Origin: Felis catus
Taxonomy: Eukaryota
Length of the DNA: 64,000 bases
Reading direction: 5' to 3'
Assembly (NCBI RefSeq): GCF_018350175.1
Contig: NC_058368.1
Coordinates: forward strand, 119,972,001 to 120,036,000
Shown here: positions 62,533 to 64,000 of the stretch, one piece after another
How positions within the stretch are numbered: position 1 is the stretch's first letter
Layout of the letters: each line of letters starts with the position of its first letter
Made by a program: the position numbers and the translations under genes
The notes under the pieces: generated by a model
What the model was told of the DNA's origin: nothing
Seen by the model: the letters and a program-made list of their open reading frames with translations, nothing else
Databases searched by the model: none

Positions 62533-64000
62533 ACATGACAGAAACATCACTACAAGCATGAAACCTACAGACATCACAATGACTATAAACCCATATCTTT
62601 CTATAATAACACTGAACGTAAATGGACTAAATGCGCCAACCAAAAGAGATAGGGTATCAGAATGAATAAAAAAACAAGACCCACCTATTTGCTGTCTACA
62701 AGAGACTCATTTTAGACCTGAGGACACCTTCAGATTGAAAGTGAGGGGATGGAGAACTATCTATCATGCTACTGGAAGTCAAAAGAAAGCTGGAGTAGCC
62801 ATACTTATATCAGACAAACTAGACTTTAAATTAAAGGCTGTAACAAGTGATGAAGAAGGGCCTTATATAATAATCACAGGGTCTATCCATCAGGAAGAGC
62901 TAACAATTATAAATGTCTATGCGCCGAATACGGGAGCCCCCAAATATATAAAACAATTACTCACAAACATAAGCAACCTTATTGATAAGAATGTGGTAAT
63001 TGCAGGGGACTTTAACACTCCACTTACAGAAATGGATAGATCATCTAGACACACGGTCAATAAAGAAACAAGGGCCCTGAATGATACATTGGATCAGATG
63101 GGCTTGACAGATATATTTAGAACTCTGCATCCCTAAACAACAGAATATACTTTCTTCTCGAGTGCACATGGAACATTCTCCAAGATAGATCACATACTGG
63201 GTCACAAAACAGCCCTTCATAAGTATAAAAGCATTGAGATCATACCATGCATACTTTCAGACCACAATGCTATGAAGCTTGAAATCAACCACAGGAAAAA
63301 GTCTGGAAAACCTCCAAAAGCATGGAGGTTAAACAACACCCTACTAAGAATGAATGGGTCAACCTGGCAATTAGAGAAGAAATTAAAAAATATATGGAAA
63401 CAAATGAACATGAAAATACAACAATCCAAACGCTTTGGGATGCAGCGAAGGCAGTCCTGAGAGGAAAATACATTGCAATCCAGGCCTATCTCAAGAAACA
63501 AGAAAAATCCCAAATACAAAATCTAACAGCACACCTAAAGGAAATAGAAGCAGAACAGCAAAGACACCCCAAGCCCAGCAGAAGAAGAGAAATAATAAAG
63601 ATCAGAGCAGAAATAAACAATATAGAATCTAAAAAAACTGTAGAGCAGATCAATGAAACCAAGAGTTGGTTTTTTGAAAAAATAAACAAAATTGCTAAAC
63701 CTCTAGCCAGGCTTTCGTTCTCAAAAGGAAAAGGGAGATAACCCAAATAGATAAAGTCATGAATGAAAATGGAATTATTACAACCAATCCCTCAGAAATA
63801 CAAGGAATTCTCAGGGAATACTATGAAAAATTATATGCCAACAAACTGGACAACTTGGAAGAAATGGACAAATTCCTAAGCTCCCAAAACTCAAACAGGA
63901 AGAAATAGAAAACTTGAACAGACCCATAACCAGTGAAGAAATTGAATCAGTTATCAAAAATCTCCCAACAAATAAGAGTCCAGGACCAGATGGCTTCCCA
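62533..64000 (+). mobile_element. 5'-truncated felid-type LINE-1, continues beyond the window
   Basis: Abrupt switch to A-rich L1 sequence just before the ORF2 start. Confidence 0.95.
62579..64000 (+). pseudogene. L1 ORF2 (endonuclease domain onward), disabled
   Basis: [61 protein letters not shown]; stops at 62663-62665 and 63134-63136, indels near 63345, 63715 and 63880. Confidence 0.96.

Noticed and set aside
1..64000. CRISPR-like arrays, operons or prokaryotic systems
   Set aside because: The sequence is mammalian; recurring repeats are dispersed SINEs and microsatellites, not regularly spaced repeat-spacer arrays.

Overview
This is repeat-rich, non-coding mammalian DNA. The tRNA-derived CanSINEs (including the young SINEC_Fc type) and a felid-type L1 point to a cat-family (Felidae) genome; the species cannot be determined. 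I recognise no host protein-coding gene or RNA gene. Most long ORFs in the track come from SINEs, microsatellites or decayed retroelements. The most informative structure is a ~7.4 kb decayed endogenous retrovirus (26281-~33665, + strand). It combines an ERV1/MER4-group-like 5' LTR, an ERV-L-like (class III) gag fragment, an AT-rich non-coding core where protease/RT should be, ERV-L-like RNase H, integrase and a dUTPase-like relic, and a gamma-type env resembling human ERV-PABLB/HERV-R(b) Env. Removing two Tc1/mariner-type MITEs, a nested solo LTR and two SINEs lets the integrase and env frames be rejoined. The rest is about 40 CanSINEs, several solo LTRs, old L1/MIR/L2 fragments, hAT MITEs, microsatellites, a disabled 5'-truncated L1 running off the right edge, and a few repeat-free stretches that may be enhancers. 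Family names come from my recall of consensus sequences, not database searches, and boundaries of old repeats are approximate.
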